A stretch of DNA of 64,000 bases from Octopus vulgaris (taxonomy: Eukaryota): positions 806,001-870,000 of the forward strand of contig OX597822.1 of the NCBI GenBank assembly GCA_951406725.2, given 5' to 3'. Position 1 is the stretch's first letter, and the number at the start of each line of letters is the position of its first letter. The position numbers and the translations under genes were made by a program. The notes under the pieces were generated by a model. That model ran no database searches. It was not told the origin of the DNA and was given only the letters and a program-made list of their open reading frames with translations. Below, piece by piece: positions 1 to 13,517 of the stretch.

Positions 1-769
1 GTGTGTATATATATATATAAAATTACATTCATAGATATGTATATATGACTGTGTGCATGTGTGTGTGTGTGTGTGCATGTGCATGTGTGCGTGTATGTAA
101 ATATATATGTATATACCGTTATTTTGATATTTCCTCTGTACATTTCCTAAGAAAACATTACGATACATCTCCTCTTCATAGGAAATTATGACGAAAAATT
201 ATTCCTTTCAAATATGAAAGAAACAAAAGCTAAAGTACGTAAGAAGAAAAGTAACAAAAACTAAAAAATATAAGAAGAAAAAAGGTAAATAATAAAAGTA
301 AAGATTCTAAGATAGATAGAACTAGGGTTTTAAAGCTAAATTTCCTTTGGTAAACAATAAAACAAAACCCAGCCCCAGAGCCAACAGGAAAAAATGTCCT
401 GCAAAATAAATAAAAGAAGTATTATATAAAAATACTCAAATTTAGTGTAAGCCAATAAAAAGAAGAAAAGAGATGAATTTCCTTCTACCTACATAAAACG
501 TAAATAAGAAACAAATGATGAGAAGATAAAAAAAAAATCAAAAATATTTGATTCCTATTATTGTTGTTGAGATCGAAACAGCTTATTTCCGGCCTTGCTT
601 AGCTTCTATTTGGAAGTATCTATTTATTTGATATCTTCGATTAAAACAGATATACTTGTGTTACCTTAAAATTATATACAGAAACGAAAACGCTAACGGA
701 TAGCCTAACCGACCACTAAACAAACAGTTTCAAAAAGACAATAAACAATAATAACTCTAAGAAATGATA

Positions 770-1515
770 CTTTCTGCTATAGGCACAAGGTTTCAAATTC
801 TGTGGGTGGGGGCACTAGCCGATTACATCGACCTCAAAAGAATAATCGACCTCAGGGGAATTTGAACTCAGAACGGTAAGACGGACGAAATGTCGCTACA
901 AATTTTGCCCGGCGTGCTAACGATTCTGCAAGGCCTGAAATTTTGGGGGTGGGGACTAGTCGATTACATCAACCTCAGTGTTTCACTGGTGCTTTATTTA
1001 TCGACTCCGAAAGTAAAGTCGGCCTCGGTGTAGTTTGCACTCAGAATGTAAAGGCGGACGAATTGCCACTAAGCATTCTACCCGGCGTCCTAACGATTCT
1101 TATTTCTTTATTGCCCACAAGGGACTAAACAGAGGGGACAAACAAAGATAGATAAAGGGATTAAGTCGATTACAGCGACCCCAGTGCGTAACTGGTACTT
1201 AATTTATCGACCCCGAAAGGATGAAAGGCAAAGTCGCCCTCGGCGGAATTTGAACTCAGAACGTATCGGCAGACGAAATACCTATTTTTTCACTACCCAC
1301 AAGGGGCTAAACACAGAGAGGACAAACAAGGACAGAGAAACGGATTAAGTCGATTATATCGACACCAGTCCGTAACTGGTACTTATTTAATCGACCACGG
1401 AAGGATGAAAGGCAAAGTCGACCTTGGCAGAATTTGAACTCAGAACGTAGCGGCAGACGAAATATCACTAAGGATTTCGTCCGCCGTCCTAACGATTCTG
1501 CTAGCACGCCACCTT
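770..1515 (-). mobile_element. Cluster/multimer of the dominant tRNA-derived SINE (octopus OK-like family)
   Basis: Minus strand reads head GGCGGCGAGCTGGCAGAATCGTTAG (A-box-like), then GAGTTCAAATTCC (B-box) and core GCCGAGGTCGACTTTGCCTTTCATCCTTTCGGGGTCGAT..., repeated several times. Family name is recalled, not verified. Confidence 0.85.
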
Positions 1516-1799
1516 AACAATAAGAAATAATAACAGCAAAAATAACATTGTTTGAGGAAGCTCATATGTGATTGATCTGGGTTGCTAGATAAAGCAGTCG
1601 AATCTCCCTCTGAGCAAACACCAGCTGTTTCAGAAGCAGACCACCCACCACCGCTACAAAACCAAACCAAAAGACAAAAAAGATTTTGTCCTTCCTGGTA
1701 CCGCTGACGCACGGAAAGAAACGGGAAGGTTACGAATGAAATGCCGTTTATCGTAGACATGGTGCACCAGGGAAAACCTGGAGCTAATGTTAATGATGG

Positions 1800-3190
1800 T
1801 TTTACGTTCGGAATTCAAATTCTGCCGAGGTCGACTTTGCCTTCCACCCTTTCACAGGCGATAAAATAAGTACCAGTTGAGCACTGGGGTCGATGTAATC
1901 GACTTATTCTCTGTCCCGAAATGGCTGGCCTAGTGCCAACATTTGAAACCAATATTAACGATAGTTTTAATATTTCGGCAAAAGATCAGCAATTTTTGAG
2001 AGGTAGGGCCAATGTAGATTATATCGATTATAGAACTTGACTGCGACTTATATAATGAACCTTAAAGGGGTGATAAGTAAAGTCGACCTCCGCGGCATTT
2101 GAACTCAGAACATAATGAAATGCTAAGCATTTTGTCCCACACGCTAACTATCTAGCTCGTCAACTAGATCAATGTAATAACAATTTATGATATTCTGACA
2201 TTGAAGGAGCAGTGAGCTAGCAGAATCGTTAGCATGCCGGAAAAAGTGCTTAGCTACATTTCATCCGTCTTTACGCTCCGGTGAGGTCGACTTTGCCTTT
2301 CATCTTTTCTGGGATGATAAAATAAGTACCAGTTAAACAGTGGTGGGGGTGTTGATGTAATCATATTATTCCCTCGCCTGAAATTACTGACCTTGCGCCG
2401 AAATTTGAAACCCATATTCTGCCAGGGGGGAGGCGGCGAGCTGGCAGAAATGTTAGAACTTCCGGGCGAAATGCTTAGCATTATTTCGTCTGTCTTTACG
2501 TTCTGAGTTCAAATTCCGCCGAGGTTGACTTTGCCTTTCAGCCTTTCGGGGTCGATAAATTAAGTACCAGTTGCGTACTGGGGTCAATCTAATCGATTGA
2601 CCGCCTCCCCCAAAATTTCGGGCCTTGTTCCTAGAGTAGAAACGAATCGTTAGAATGCCGAACAAATTTCTTAACGGCATTTCGTCTGACATTTTTTTCG
2701 GATTCGATATAATAAGTACCAGTTGATTACTGGAGTCGATATGATCGACTTACACATTCCCCTGAAATTGCTGACCTTGTGCCAGAATTAGAAATCAATT
2801 GAAGTGGAAGACAGCGGTGGGCTGGCAGAATCGTTTCATCGTAAGGCAAATTGCTTAGTGGTATTTTTTTCCGGTTTTGCTTTCCGAGTTCGAATTCCGC
2901 CGAGGTCGACTACACTATTCATCTTTTCGGAGGTCGATAAAATAAATATCTGTCAAGCACTGGGTATCGATGAAAATGACTTTACGCCACCCATAAAATT
3001 CCAGGCATTGTGCCTAAAGTAGAAAGAAGATAAGTAGAAGACAAAGCGGCGAGCTGGCAGAATCGTTATTGATCCGGACACAATGACAAAACGTTCAGCG
3101 GTCATTCATAATTTCATTTCACATTCTGATTTCAAGTTCTACCGAGGTCGACTTTATGTTGTGCCTATAGTAGAAAGAAATATAATTGGG
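1800..3190 (+). mobile_element. Run of degraded OK-like SINE copies (mostly + strand, one - copy at ~1970-2160)
   Basis: Repeated heads (2205, 2432, 2812, 3045) and the core GAGTTCAAATTCCGCCGAGGTCGACTTTGCCTTTCA. Confidence 0.8.
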
Positions 3191-3239
3191 AGGTCACAAA
3201 TTTGGATGAGAACGAAGTTAATTGATTCAACTGACTTAA

Positions 3240-3375
3240 CCCTTTGAGCCCTGGCCTCCAGAACCTTATTTGACCATATACCTGGCACTCTACTGGTGAT
3301 ACGGTATAGATCGGTGCTATGGTATAGAGAAAAATAAGCCATCTACCGGTAAAGCGGTGTTACGGGCTCACAGGG
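3240..3375. mobile_element. 136-bp piggyBac-type MITE
   Basis: TTAA at 3236-3239 and 3376-3379 flanks TIRs CCCTTTGAGCCC / GGGCTCACAGGG (11/12 complementary); CCC...GGG ends are typical of piggyBac. Confidence 0.8.
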
Positions 3376-3771
3376 TTAAGCTTTGAGACAAACACATGAC
3401 TACTGGTAAGGATGAAAGGCAAAGTTCGCTTTGGTGAAATTTGAGCTCAAAATATAGAGACAGTATATACACCACAACATATTTTATTCGATACTCTAAT
3501 GATTACCTCAAGTCACTACTCTCTCACCATCTAATCTTTTCTAGTATTGACATAGATTTTTTTAGTGGGAGGACGAAGTCAATAACATCGATCACCGTGC
3601 TTAACTGGAATTTATTTCATCGACACCAAAAGGATGAAAGGCAAAGACGACCTCGGCGGTATTTGAAATCCGAGAGTAAAGCCGGAAGAAATGGCATTAG
3701 GTATTTTGTACGCTAACGATTCTGCAAGCTCACCTCCTTTCTTCCGCCAGGTAATGACAACAGTAGTAACC

Positions 3772-3953
3772 AGAATCCTTGTACGGTACCAGATCGATCC
3801 CAGAATCTAATCCGTTCGTGCCAGTCACGAGGTCAAGCATCCCTGAAAGTTCCATCCAAATCTATCCCGCGGTTCTTGAGATATCTTGTCCACGGACAAA
3901 CAAACAAACACGACTGAAAACAATACCACCGCCTTCTCTAAGGCGGAGGTAAT
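3772..3953 (+). mobile_element. 3' part of a Helentron/DINE-1-like non-autonomous element (HINE)
   Basis: (CAAA)n tetramer, then GAAAACAATACC and terminal hairpin TACCACCGCCTT-CTCT-AAGGCGGAGGTA (3924-3951). Confidence 0.6.
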
Positions 3954-4202
3954 AACTGCAGAGATAATGATGTTGGTACTAGAAGTTATGGTTATTGTTT
4001 CTCTTATAGGCACACGGCCCGAAATATTGAGAGGACCATTCGATTACATCGACTACAGTGCTTAACTTGTACTTATTTTATGCGCACTGAAAGCAAAGTA
4101 GAACTCAGTGGAATTTGAACTCAGAACGTAAAGCCGGAAGGAATGCTGCTAACCATTTTGATCGGCGGGTTAATAATTCTGCCTAAGCGCCATTCTAATA
4201 CC

Positions 4203-4242
<40 letters not shown>

Positions 4243-4749
4243 GATCGTGATATCAATGGAAAATAATAACAACAGCAGTGGTCTCAGCAGCAGCAGCAGT
4301 GGTCTCAGCAGCAGCAGCAGTGGTCTCAGCAGCAGTAATTGTAGTGGTGGAAAAAAGAGATATTTACGAATAGATAAGAAAAATGCATTGGTTTACACAG
4401 GAAATGGTTGTTTGTATGAAATACAGATAATTGTTGCAACACACGATGTTTAAATATTGAACGTTATTTAGTTATTTATTCATCATGTGTGGTGATTGTG
4501 CATGTAGACATACATACATACTGACACAACCATGCCCATGCACACACACACACACAGTTTAATCTACACAGCATAAAAATTAGAGCTACTAATAGCATCT
4601 TGCTTTGGAGACACGCGTCTTGGCAGGTTTTTATGACACACCTTGTGTCTCTAAGCAGTGTTCAGGCTCTGAGCGCATGATCTATTTCATTCGTAAATCA
4701 GGATGCTGGTACAGGAGAAATTCGCCCCTTGTGGGTAATAAAAAAAACA

Positions 4750-5050
4750 GGTACAAGAGAAATCGCAACATAAAACGAGAAGGTTTATGCAAAAAGTGGA
4801 AGGAATAATAAAAACGGAAAATGAAGAGAGAGAATATACTTTCATCCGCGTGTGTACCGTTGGCGATTTTTTTCCTCCGTCTTCCCTTCTTTGGATCTTT
4901 CGTTTTCCTATGTTTCTGACGAAGAGCTCCGCTCGAAACGTTAAACCCTCCTTCTTTCCTTCCTTCCTGTGCGTCCAATAATACTATATTTGTTCCACGT
5001 CCTCGCGTTGTTGTGCTTTCTATTTGTGTTTTCATGTTTGGATTAACTAT
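4750..5050 (+). mobile_element. Penelope-like element pseudo-LTR fragment ending in a (TA)n/(TACA)n tract
   Basis: Contains a minimal hammerhead (4912-4946) and abuts a TA microsatellite, as PLE termini often do. Confidence 0.55.
4912..4946 (+). ncRNA. Minimal type I hammerhead ribozyme motif (PLE type)
   Basis: GTTT-CTGACGA-A-GAGC(TCC)GCTC-GAA-ACGT-T-AAAC: intact CUGANGA/GAAA core, 4-bp stems I and II, palindromic stem III. Confidence 0.7.
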
Positions 5051-5061
5051 ATAGATATATA

Positions 5062-5097
<36 letters not shown>

Positions 5098-5106
5098 TAT
5101 ATATAT

Positions 5107-5146
<40 letters not shown>

Positions 5147-5711
5147 GAGAGAGAGATATTATTGACAATCCAATAATTCATTTATATTATATCACATGAT
5201 ATACTATGAATATAATATAACATAACATAATATTATATAACATAAACATTTATTAAAACCATAAAATGCCAACAAATGGTTTCGACTTGTATATATTTTT
5301 TCTGGTATACATACATAATAACAGTTCCCTTATAAAGACCTCTATATTTAATTTATCCTTATAATTACATTAAACCAATATTTATAGGGTATTCAACTGA
5401 CGTACCAGTGAATTGGATGTTTAACACGCTCCTTTGAAGGTTTTCTGTTCTTCCGTTTGTTACTTTATATATATATATATAATAGAAATATTAAAATTAC
5501 TAAGTCTCTATAAAAGAGATTACGGCAGCGTTTACTGGAAATTAATTGTTATCGCCATATTAATATGGCATTCTTATAGATATAAGAATAATCGCTGCCG
5601 CTGGTCAGCTCCATGAGGCCACCGCCATCAAGATAGCTATTGATACACGATCTGTATCCATTATAACCTTCGAACAAGGGAGGTCAGCCGCTTCACACTG
5701 CCAGTCCGACA

Positions 5712-5753
5712 GCTACAGACGCGTTTCGGGGTATTGCCCCTTGTCAATGTAGC
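5712..5753 (-). ncRNA. Degenerate hammerhead motif within a PLE-related repeat (~5480-5780)
   Basis: Minus strand GCTACA-TTGACAA-GGGG(CAATA)CCCC-GAAAC-GC-GTC-TGTAGC; 6-bp stem I, GUC triplet, core differs at C3 and G8. Confidence 0.6.
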
Positions 5754-6044
5754 GCAGTGAGATCTAAACTAAAATTGCATGACATATCATCAGTATTTCC
5801 AAGTCTTTTTATGTCGATAGAATAAACTGTGCTCAGAATATTTTAGTTTTTATATAATATGACCAAAGATTGCAGATAAATAAAATGTAAAAAAAAATAT
5901 TAGAGGTTTGAAATCTGGTATGCTGTCATCTCTTCGGTGTTCATAAATAAGTATCAGTGAAGCCCAGGTGTCGATGTAATAGTGTTACTTCTACAATTAC
6001 TAGCCTTGCACCAAAATTATTATTATTATTATTATTATTATAAA

Positions 6045-6090
<46 letters not shown>

Positions 6091-6092
6091 AA

Positions 6093-6146
<54 letters not shown>

Positions 6147-6148
6147 CA

Positions 6149-6261
6149 TTCAGTAGTTTTATTTTTATTTTTATAGCGTGCTTTCACTTCACTACCGAGC
6201 GCAGCTCTGTGTGCCTTGGGTATGTGCTGTGATTTGTTGTGATGCTCTGATGGTTATTGTA
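6149..6261 (-). mobile_element. Extreme 3' end of a Dong/R4 LINE (same family as 48991-50700)
   Basis: Near-identical to 48991-49097; sits in a (TTA)n array. Confidence 0.85.
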
Positions 6262-6354
6262 CACTACAATTACTGCTGCTGAGACCACTGCTGCTGAGAC
6301 CACTGCTGCTGAGACCACTGCTGTTGTTATTATTTTCCATTGATATCACGATCT

Positions 6355-6385
<31 letters not shown>

Positions 6386-6429
6386 CAGGTATTAGAATGG
6401 CGCTTAGGCAGAATTATTAACCCGCCGAT
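6262..6429 (-). repeat. Inverted copy of local sequence 4161-4346
   Basis: Reverse complement of 4161-4346, differing only in CAG/ATG repeat tracts; flanked by duplicated GATGGTTATTGTA. Confidence 0.9.
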
Positions 6430-6447
6430 GGTTATTGTATATTATTA

Positions 6448-6512
<65 letters not shown>

Positions 6513-7066
6513 GTGTGTGAGAGCAGTCCTTGCTGTCAAAGTGACACTGGGGTAAAATATATGAAGCCTAGTATGCACATCATGATTACCCGTCCGATAA
6601 GGGTACACCTGGTTCATGCAAAACAACCATATTTGTGCAACATGGTGATCTCATATCAAGATTAACAGTGCATGACCTTGCAGGTGGGGCCCAGTTAGAA
6701 TTTTCTTCAGGTTGAGTAGCCCATCCCGCTCAAAAGGTCCCTGAATAAGGGTTGTTTAAGGATGTTGAAAGAACCACCCATGTTTCCAGAGGTGAATTAT
6801 CCAAACCCCAAAGAATCCCTCTCAACACATGGCTATGATACTCTCCCACAACTTCTACTCGTGATTAGAGCGGCACATATTGTCAGCCACCAAAGGACAT
6901 GCTCAACTGGTTAAAGTCAAACAACTGACAAGTAAATCTGTGGTATTAAGCAGAATATTTGCTGTAGTCCATCTGTATACCAAAACAAAATAATGTACAT
7001 GATAACACTTCCAATCATTTAAGATCAGAAGTCATGAGAGCCACTGCCTGGTACTGCATCAGAACG
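6513..7066 (-). mobile_element. ~550-bp non-autonomous (TAA)n-associated element, full-length copy
   Basis: Four highly similar copies in the window, each bounded by (TTA)n; strand inferred from the fixed left end and variable right end. Confidence 0.85.
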
Positions 7067-7105
<39 letters not shown>

Positions 7106-7551
7106 GAGTGAGAGAGCAGTGCATGCCATCAAAGTGACACTGGGGTAAAATATACGAAGCCCAATATATCCATCATGACTACCCGTCTGATAAGGGTACA
7201 ACAGGCACATGCATCACAACCGTATGTGCGCGACATGGTGATCTCCTATCATGATAAGCAGCACATGACCTTGCAGGTGGGGCCCAGTTAGAATTTTCTT
7301 CAGGTTGAGTAGCCCATCCCGCTCAAAAGGTCCCTGAATAAGGTTGTTTAAGGATGTTGAAAGAACCACCCATGTTTCCAGAGGTGAATTATCCAAACCC
7401 CAAAGAATCCCTCTCAACACATGGCTATGATGCTCCCCCACTACTTCTGCTCGTGATCAGAGATGCACATATCGTCATGCTCAACTGGTTAAGGTCAAAC
7501 AACTGACAAGCAAATCTGTGGTATTGAGCAGAATATTTGCTGTAGCCCATC

Positions 7552-7555
<4 letters not shown>
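7106..7555 (-). mobile_element. ~550-bp (TAA)n-associated element, 5'-truncated copy
   Basis: Same sequence as 6513-7066, lacking ~100 nt at the right end; tandem in the same microsatellite. Confidence 0.85.
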
Positions 7556-7629
<74 letters not shown>

Positions 7630-7631
<2 letters not shown>

Positions 7632-8095
7632 CACCGAGGTCGACTTTGCCTTTCATCCTTTCGGGGTCGATTAAATAAGTACCAGTTACGCACTGGGGTC
7701 GATGTAATCGACTTGATCCCTTTGTCTGTCCTTGTTTGTCCCCCCTATGTTTAGCCCCCATGGGGCAATAAATATATAAATAAATGAGTACCGGTTGAAC
7801 CCTCGAGTTGTTGTAATCGTCTAGCTCCCCACCACGAAATTTCTGGCCTTGTGCCAAAATTTTAAATCATTATTGCTATTATGATTGAGGTGACGAGTCT
7901 TGGAGAAATCAGAAAAATCAGAAAAACCGCCTTACAGAATCGGTTCCGTCACTTTCATTCTTCGTTCCTATCCCATCGGTGTAATAACTGCCTTTCCCCC
8001 TTTGGGGTCGATGCAATAAATTACCAGTGAAATAATGGGGTCGATGTAATCTTGTAATCCCCTCGAAATTGCAGGCCTTGTGCCTAAAATAAAAA
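7630..8095 (+). mobile_element. OK-like SINE fragments
   Basis: Core CCGAGGTCGACTTTGCCTTTCATCCTTTCGGGGTCGAT and tails. Confidence 0.75.
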
Positions 8096-8635
8096 ATAGC
8101 CTTATTGTTGTTTTGTTTCTTCGTGTTCTTATTCTTATTGTCATTTTTTTTTATTGATGTCTTCGTTGCTCCTTTCTACAGTTTTTCTTTTTAGGCATTT
8201 TTTTGGTGTTGCTGTGTTTTAAATTTATCCAGGAATAAAATGTTTGACAGGAGGAAATTAGTTGTATTGCGTTTCGCTGGAAAGGTCATTGGGAACGAAA
8301 TTTGATAAGGCTGTTTATTTTGCGAGGATATGTTTGAATGTGTATAGGTTGTGGGTAGAGGAAGGACTCGCTGTTGACAAACAACAAACGACATAATCCT
8401 TGTTATTGCTCTGCTCTGCTCTGGTCCCGCCTGGATCACTTCATTTCTATGCCTCTATGTCTCTCTCATCCCTCCCACTTATTTTTATATGCACGCATTT
8501 TTGTATAATTGTATACGTATAGAGTATGCACATGTCTCTTTCTCTCTCTTTCTAGAAAGCGAGAGAGAGAGGGAAAGAGAGTGAGTGGAAGATAGATAAA
8601 CAGATACACACATATATATGTATATATACATATGC

Positions 8636-8708
<73 letters not shown>

Positions 8709-9443
8709 CCTATCAGTCTGTCTACCTGTCTGTCTATCTGTCTATCTGTCTGTCTGTTTCTTCCTCTCTCTCCCTCCGCCTCTCTCTCCCTCCGCCTCTC
8801 TCTCTATGTATATATATATATTTAGAAATGATGTTAGACACAAAAACTTTTAATTTGTGATGATTGCATACATACCCATAAAATTTCACGCGCTTACACA
8901 CACATGTATACGCGCGCGAATGTTGCGCATGTGTGTGTGTGTGTTTGTGTATGTGTGTGTGAGTGTGTGTATGTGAGTGTGCGTGTGTGTGTGCCTGTTT
9001 CTATATTAGGCAAGCAGTTGTATCACTATATTGGAATACACGCTCATATCTCACTTTAAACCCTCCTAGAGTTGTATTTGCTTTCCATTCATGTGAAAGA
9101 TGAGCTACGCGGCATCAGCACGGAGATCTACGATTGCGCAGAAGCGTTTGCGTTGGTGGGCCTTCACCGTCGACACGCAGATAAAAAAGGTTTTATGCTG
9201 AGAAAACAACAACCACTCTAACTACCGTATAGACGAAGAAAAACAAAAAACAAAAAAAACACAGCGTAATATGAATAGTTAAGGATTCACATCTAGAAAT
9301 TACCGCCATAATTAATGTGAATATTTACACAGTTTAATTGAATCTCTAGAGATAATGGTAAATAATCTTTGCACACACATACATGCATACAAACATAAGC
9401 ATACACACAAGGACTCACATACATACGTGCGTGTGCTTGTGTT

Positions 9444-9480
<37 letters not shown>

Positions 9481-9521
9481 GTGTGTGTGTTTGTGTATGT
9501 GTGTGTATGTATGAATATGTA

Positions 9522-9587
<66 letters not shown>

Positions 9588-10750
9588 CAAACCACCTATT
9601 AATAGAAATTATAATCGCTCACTTACAGCCGTAACGTTAATAGAAAACAACAAAACATTTACAAAAAGCTATCTAATTTGGTTGTACATTATTAGTACTA
9701 CGACGCCCAGTACACGAGATAAAGGAGAAAATATTGCAATGCAGGTATATTCCCATACATACACACTCATTTAAGCAAGAAATTGCACAGTTCTCTCCTA
9801 ATGCATCAAGAGACTGCAAAGGATGGGAGTAAATTACAGTGCTATAATTTGAATAGTAGTACTATAAATCAATAAATTGAAATGATGCCTAATTTATCTG
9901 AGAAGCACAGCAAATTCACAAGTGATGGATGAAAGACAAGAGATAATTTTGAAATGTCGGTATGAGAATAAATAACTCTTTCACCTCTCGCTGGGATAGA
10001 ATGACTAATATGGTGAGAAGCAAGTAAAATCCGAATTCACAAATATTTGCCTTGAAGTACGAACAAGTAAATGGGAAATCGGTGTGGAATATTTGTGTAA
10101 TTCGAAATTTGGAATACTTAAACACACACACTGACCTAAGCACACTGAACTACTTCCCGCTAATGGATTACAAAACTCTTAACCCTTCGAAATGTGATGA
10201 GATATGATGATGCAACGGCCACGAACCTGAGTGAACGTAAGTTTACATCAAGTTACCATAAGAAATGTGTTTCAATTTTGCAAGAAGCACGCTTAATATT
10301 TTTGTTGTGTGCAGAGTGCTTCTCTGGCAGTTCTGTATCGAGATATGTAGGTTCAGAGATTCTGAGATCTTATGAGAAGTAATCGGGAGGTGAATACATT
10401 TCAAGGAGTTCACCGCCAACACGTAGGATGTCGTTCTCTTATTCGATGTATTAATTTTGTTTATTGTGTATGAGTGTGTGTGTGTGTGTGTGTATGAGCA
10501 TATATGTATATATATATATAATGTGGGTGAATAGATATATACATGTGCAATTATATATATATAAATGCATGTATGTATACAAATACATATAATTATGTGT
10601 ATATGTATATATGTATGCATATAAGTACGTATGAATGCCCAGTATGTATGTGCCTGTGTATGTATTTATATTAATGTATGTATATGCGTGTAAATAAGTA
10701 TTAATGCGAATCTAAATGGATTTACACTATATAATACATACATACATACA

Positions 10751-10803
<53 letters not shown>

Positions 10804-10839
10804 CATATATATATAGGTAGGTAGATACATATATATATT

Positions 10840-10920
<81 letters not shown>

Positions 10921-11018
10921 TAGGTAGGTATGTATGTGTATCTATGTGTGTGTGTGTGTAATCTCTTATAATAGAAATGCAAGAGAAATCAAACTATAAT
11001 AATAATATTGATAAAAGC

Positions 11019-11081
<63 letters not shown>

Positions 11082-11173
11082 GCAGTGGCGGCAAATCGAG
11101 GGTGAAACAATGCGTTTGATCAGAAGTTAAATATTCAGTAAAGATAACACCAAAGGCTATATAGCGTACATCA

Positions 11174-11245
<72 letters not shown>

Positions 11246-11604
11246 ACACACACAGAGTTCTGGTATTTAATCTCGCCAAGGAGAACCTAAAACTCATAGA
11301 ATTTCATACATGGACTAAGTAAACGACACTTATCTTCATAGTAACCAATTATGCTTTATCGTTTCATGGAAGTTTCCAGAAAGCCTGGATATCTAAGAAA
11401 TCACTTGTATGTAATAAAATTCCTGTTATCATCACAGAACATCCCAGATATTCAATTTCTGAATATTTGTGTAAAATCAATAGTGAATGTGTTCTGTGAA
11501 AATTCCCGCCTTAAGAAAATGTTCGTACAACCTTCAATATTACCAATATTTCCTTTCGTATATATCGCCGAATGACGCAATTATGTCTGAATTCGATATG
11601 CATA

Positions 11605-11608
11605 TGCG

Positions 11609-11640
<32 letters not shown>

Positions 11641-12263
11641 TGTATGTATGTATGTATGTATGTATGTATGTATGTATGTATGTATGTATGCATGTATGTA
11701 TATATATATGTATGTATGCATGTATGTATGTATGCATGCAGGTATGTATGAATGTATGTATGTATGCATGTATGCATGTATGTATGTATGCATGCATGTA
11801 TGTATGTATGTATGTATATATGTATGTAGGTTTGCAGGTATGTATGAATGTATGTATGTATGTATGCATGTATGCATGTATGCATGTATGCATGTATGCA
11901 TGTATGAATCTATGTATGTATGTATGCATGTATGCATGCATGCATGCATGTATGTATGCATGCATGTATGCATGTATGCATGTATGTATGTATGCATGTA
12001 TGTATATATGTATGTATATATGTATGTATGCATGTATGTATGTATGCATGTATGTATATATGTATGTATGTATGCATGCATGCATGCATGTATGTATGCA
12101 TGTATGCATGTATGTATTTATGTATGCATGCATGTATGTATGTATGTATGTATGTATTTATATATATATATATATATGTATATACATATATATATATATG
12201 TATATATATATACATATATATATATATATGTATATACATATATATATATATATATGTATATAC

Positions 12264-12300
<37 letters not shown>

Positions 12301-12301
12301 A

Positions 12302-12383
<82 letters not shown>

Positions 12384-12384
12384 G
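11605..12384. repeat. Large compound microsatellite (TATG/CATG)n-(TA)n-(TG)n
   Basis: Direct reading; source of the MYVC/HTYI pseudo-ORFs. Confidence 0.97.
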
Positions 12385-12698
12385 GTTTTTGGATTTGGTT
12401 TGCAAGATTCTTTATATGAGTTCGTGTGTTGAAGCATATTCTGCTGTGTCTGGGGAGTCATTCGCGTTTTGTGCCTTATAATGTAACACACTCACCGGTA
12501 AAATTTCCACTTTTTTCTTATTTTCATTTTCCTAAAATTTTCGTTGCGTCTTGCAACCTTTTCAATAGTCAAGAATCAAGACTACTGAAACAGTTGCAAG
12601 ACGCAACGAAAATTTTAGGAAAATAAAATAAGAAATTTTACCGGTTATGTGTTACATTATAAGGCACAAAAAGAAAATAACTCTCCCCAGACACAACA

Positions 12699-12702
<4 letters not shown>
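12385..12702. mobile_element. Palindromic (head-to-head) PLE-like terminal repeat inserted in (TA)n
   Basis: Arms ~12438-12570 and ~12580-12702 are reverse complements; each carries a hammerhead-like motif. Confidence 0.6.
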
Positions 12703-12743
<41 letters not shown>

Positions 12744-12747
<4 letters not shown>

Positions 12748-13498
12748 GTCATCCCCAAAATAATGCGGTTTTTTCAATTGCATGGAGAGGGATGGGAGAA
12801 ACTACCTGTATAACAGCAGGTAGTAATTTTACCTTGTACTTATTCTTGGTGCAAATTTTGAAGCGTGCAGTTCGATTTTAATAGCTGTTTTTCAAAGCTA
12901 TAATGGAAGTGACAAAAGAGCATATTCGACATATTTTGTTTTAAGGCAACAACGCAGCGTAAAGTGCGAGGAATAAAACGTAGTATTTGTGGATCGGACA
13001 ATAAGTGTCAGCCAGTGTCAACGGTGGCTCCAGAAATTCCGAGCCGGAAACTACAGTCTAGAAGATCTGTAGCGCTCGACGAGGACAACTTGCAAACCCT
13101 GGTAGAACAAAATCCCATCCTAACTGCTGAGGAACTAGCAGAGAAGCTCAGATTTGATCATTCAAATAAGCGCTTGAAGAAAAAAAAACATCTTTGCTTT
13201 CAAGACGAAAGGTGTTCTTCCATCAGGATAATGCTCGGCCACGTATAGCGAGGATGACATTCCAGAGGCTGAAGCAGTTTGAATGGGAAACGATGCACCA
13301 CCCATCATATTCGCCAGACATTGCCCCATCCGATTATTATTTATTTCAAAATCATTTGGAGGGAAAAAATATGAATTCTGAAGACGAGGTCATAACAGTA
13401 CTGGAGGAGAGTATATTCTAGATTCGAAAAGAACTTTGTGTATCTCAATTTTGAAATATAAAAAGGATAAAAACCGCATTATTTACGGGATGACACAA
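12744..13498 (+). mobile_element. Internally deleted mariner transposon
   Basis: TA-flanked TIRs TTGGGTCATCCC...GGGATGACACAA; transposase remnants FHQDNARP and YSPDIAPSDYYLF. Confidence 0.92.
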
Positions 13499-13517
13499 TA
13501 TGTGTATATATATAAAC

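Noticed and set aside
11487-12491. Long ORFs of 170-310 aa (MYVC/HTYI repeats)
   Set aside because: Translations of TATG/TA microsatellites, open in several frames on both strands
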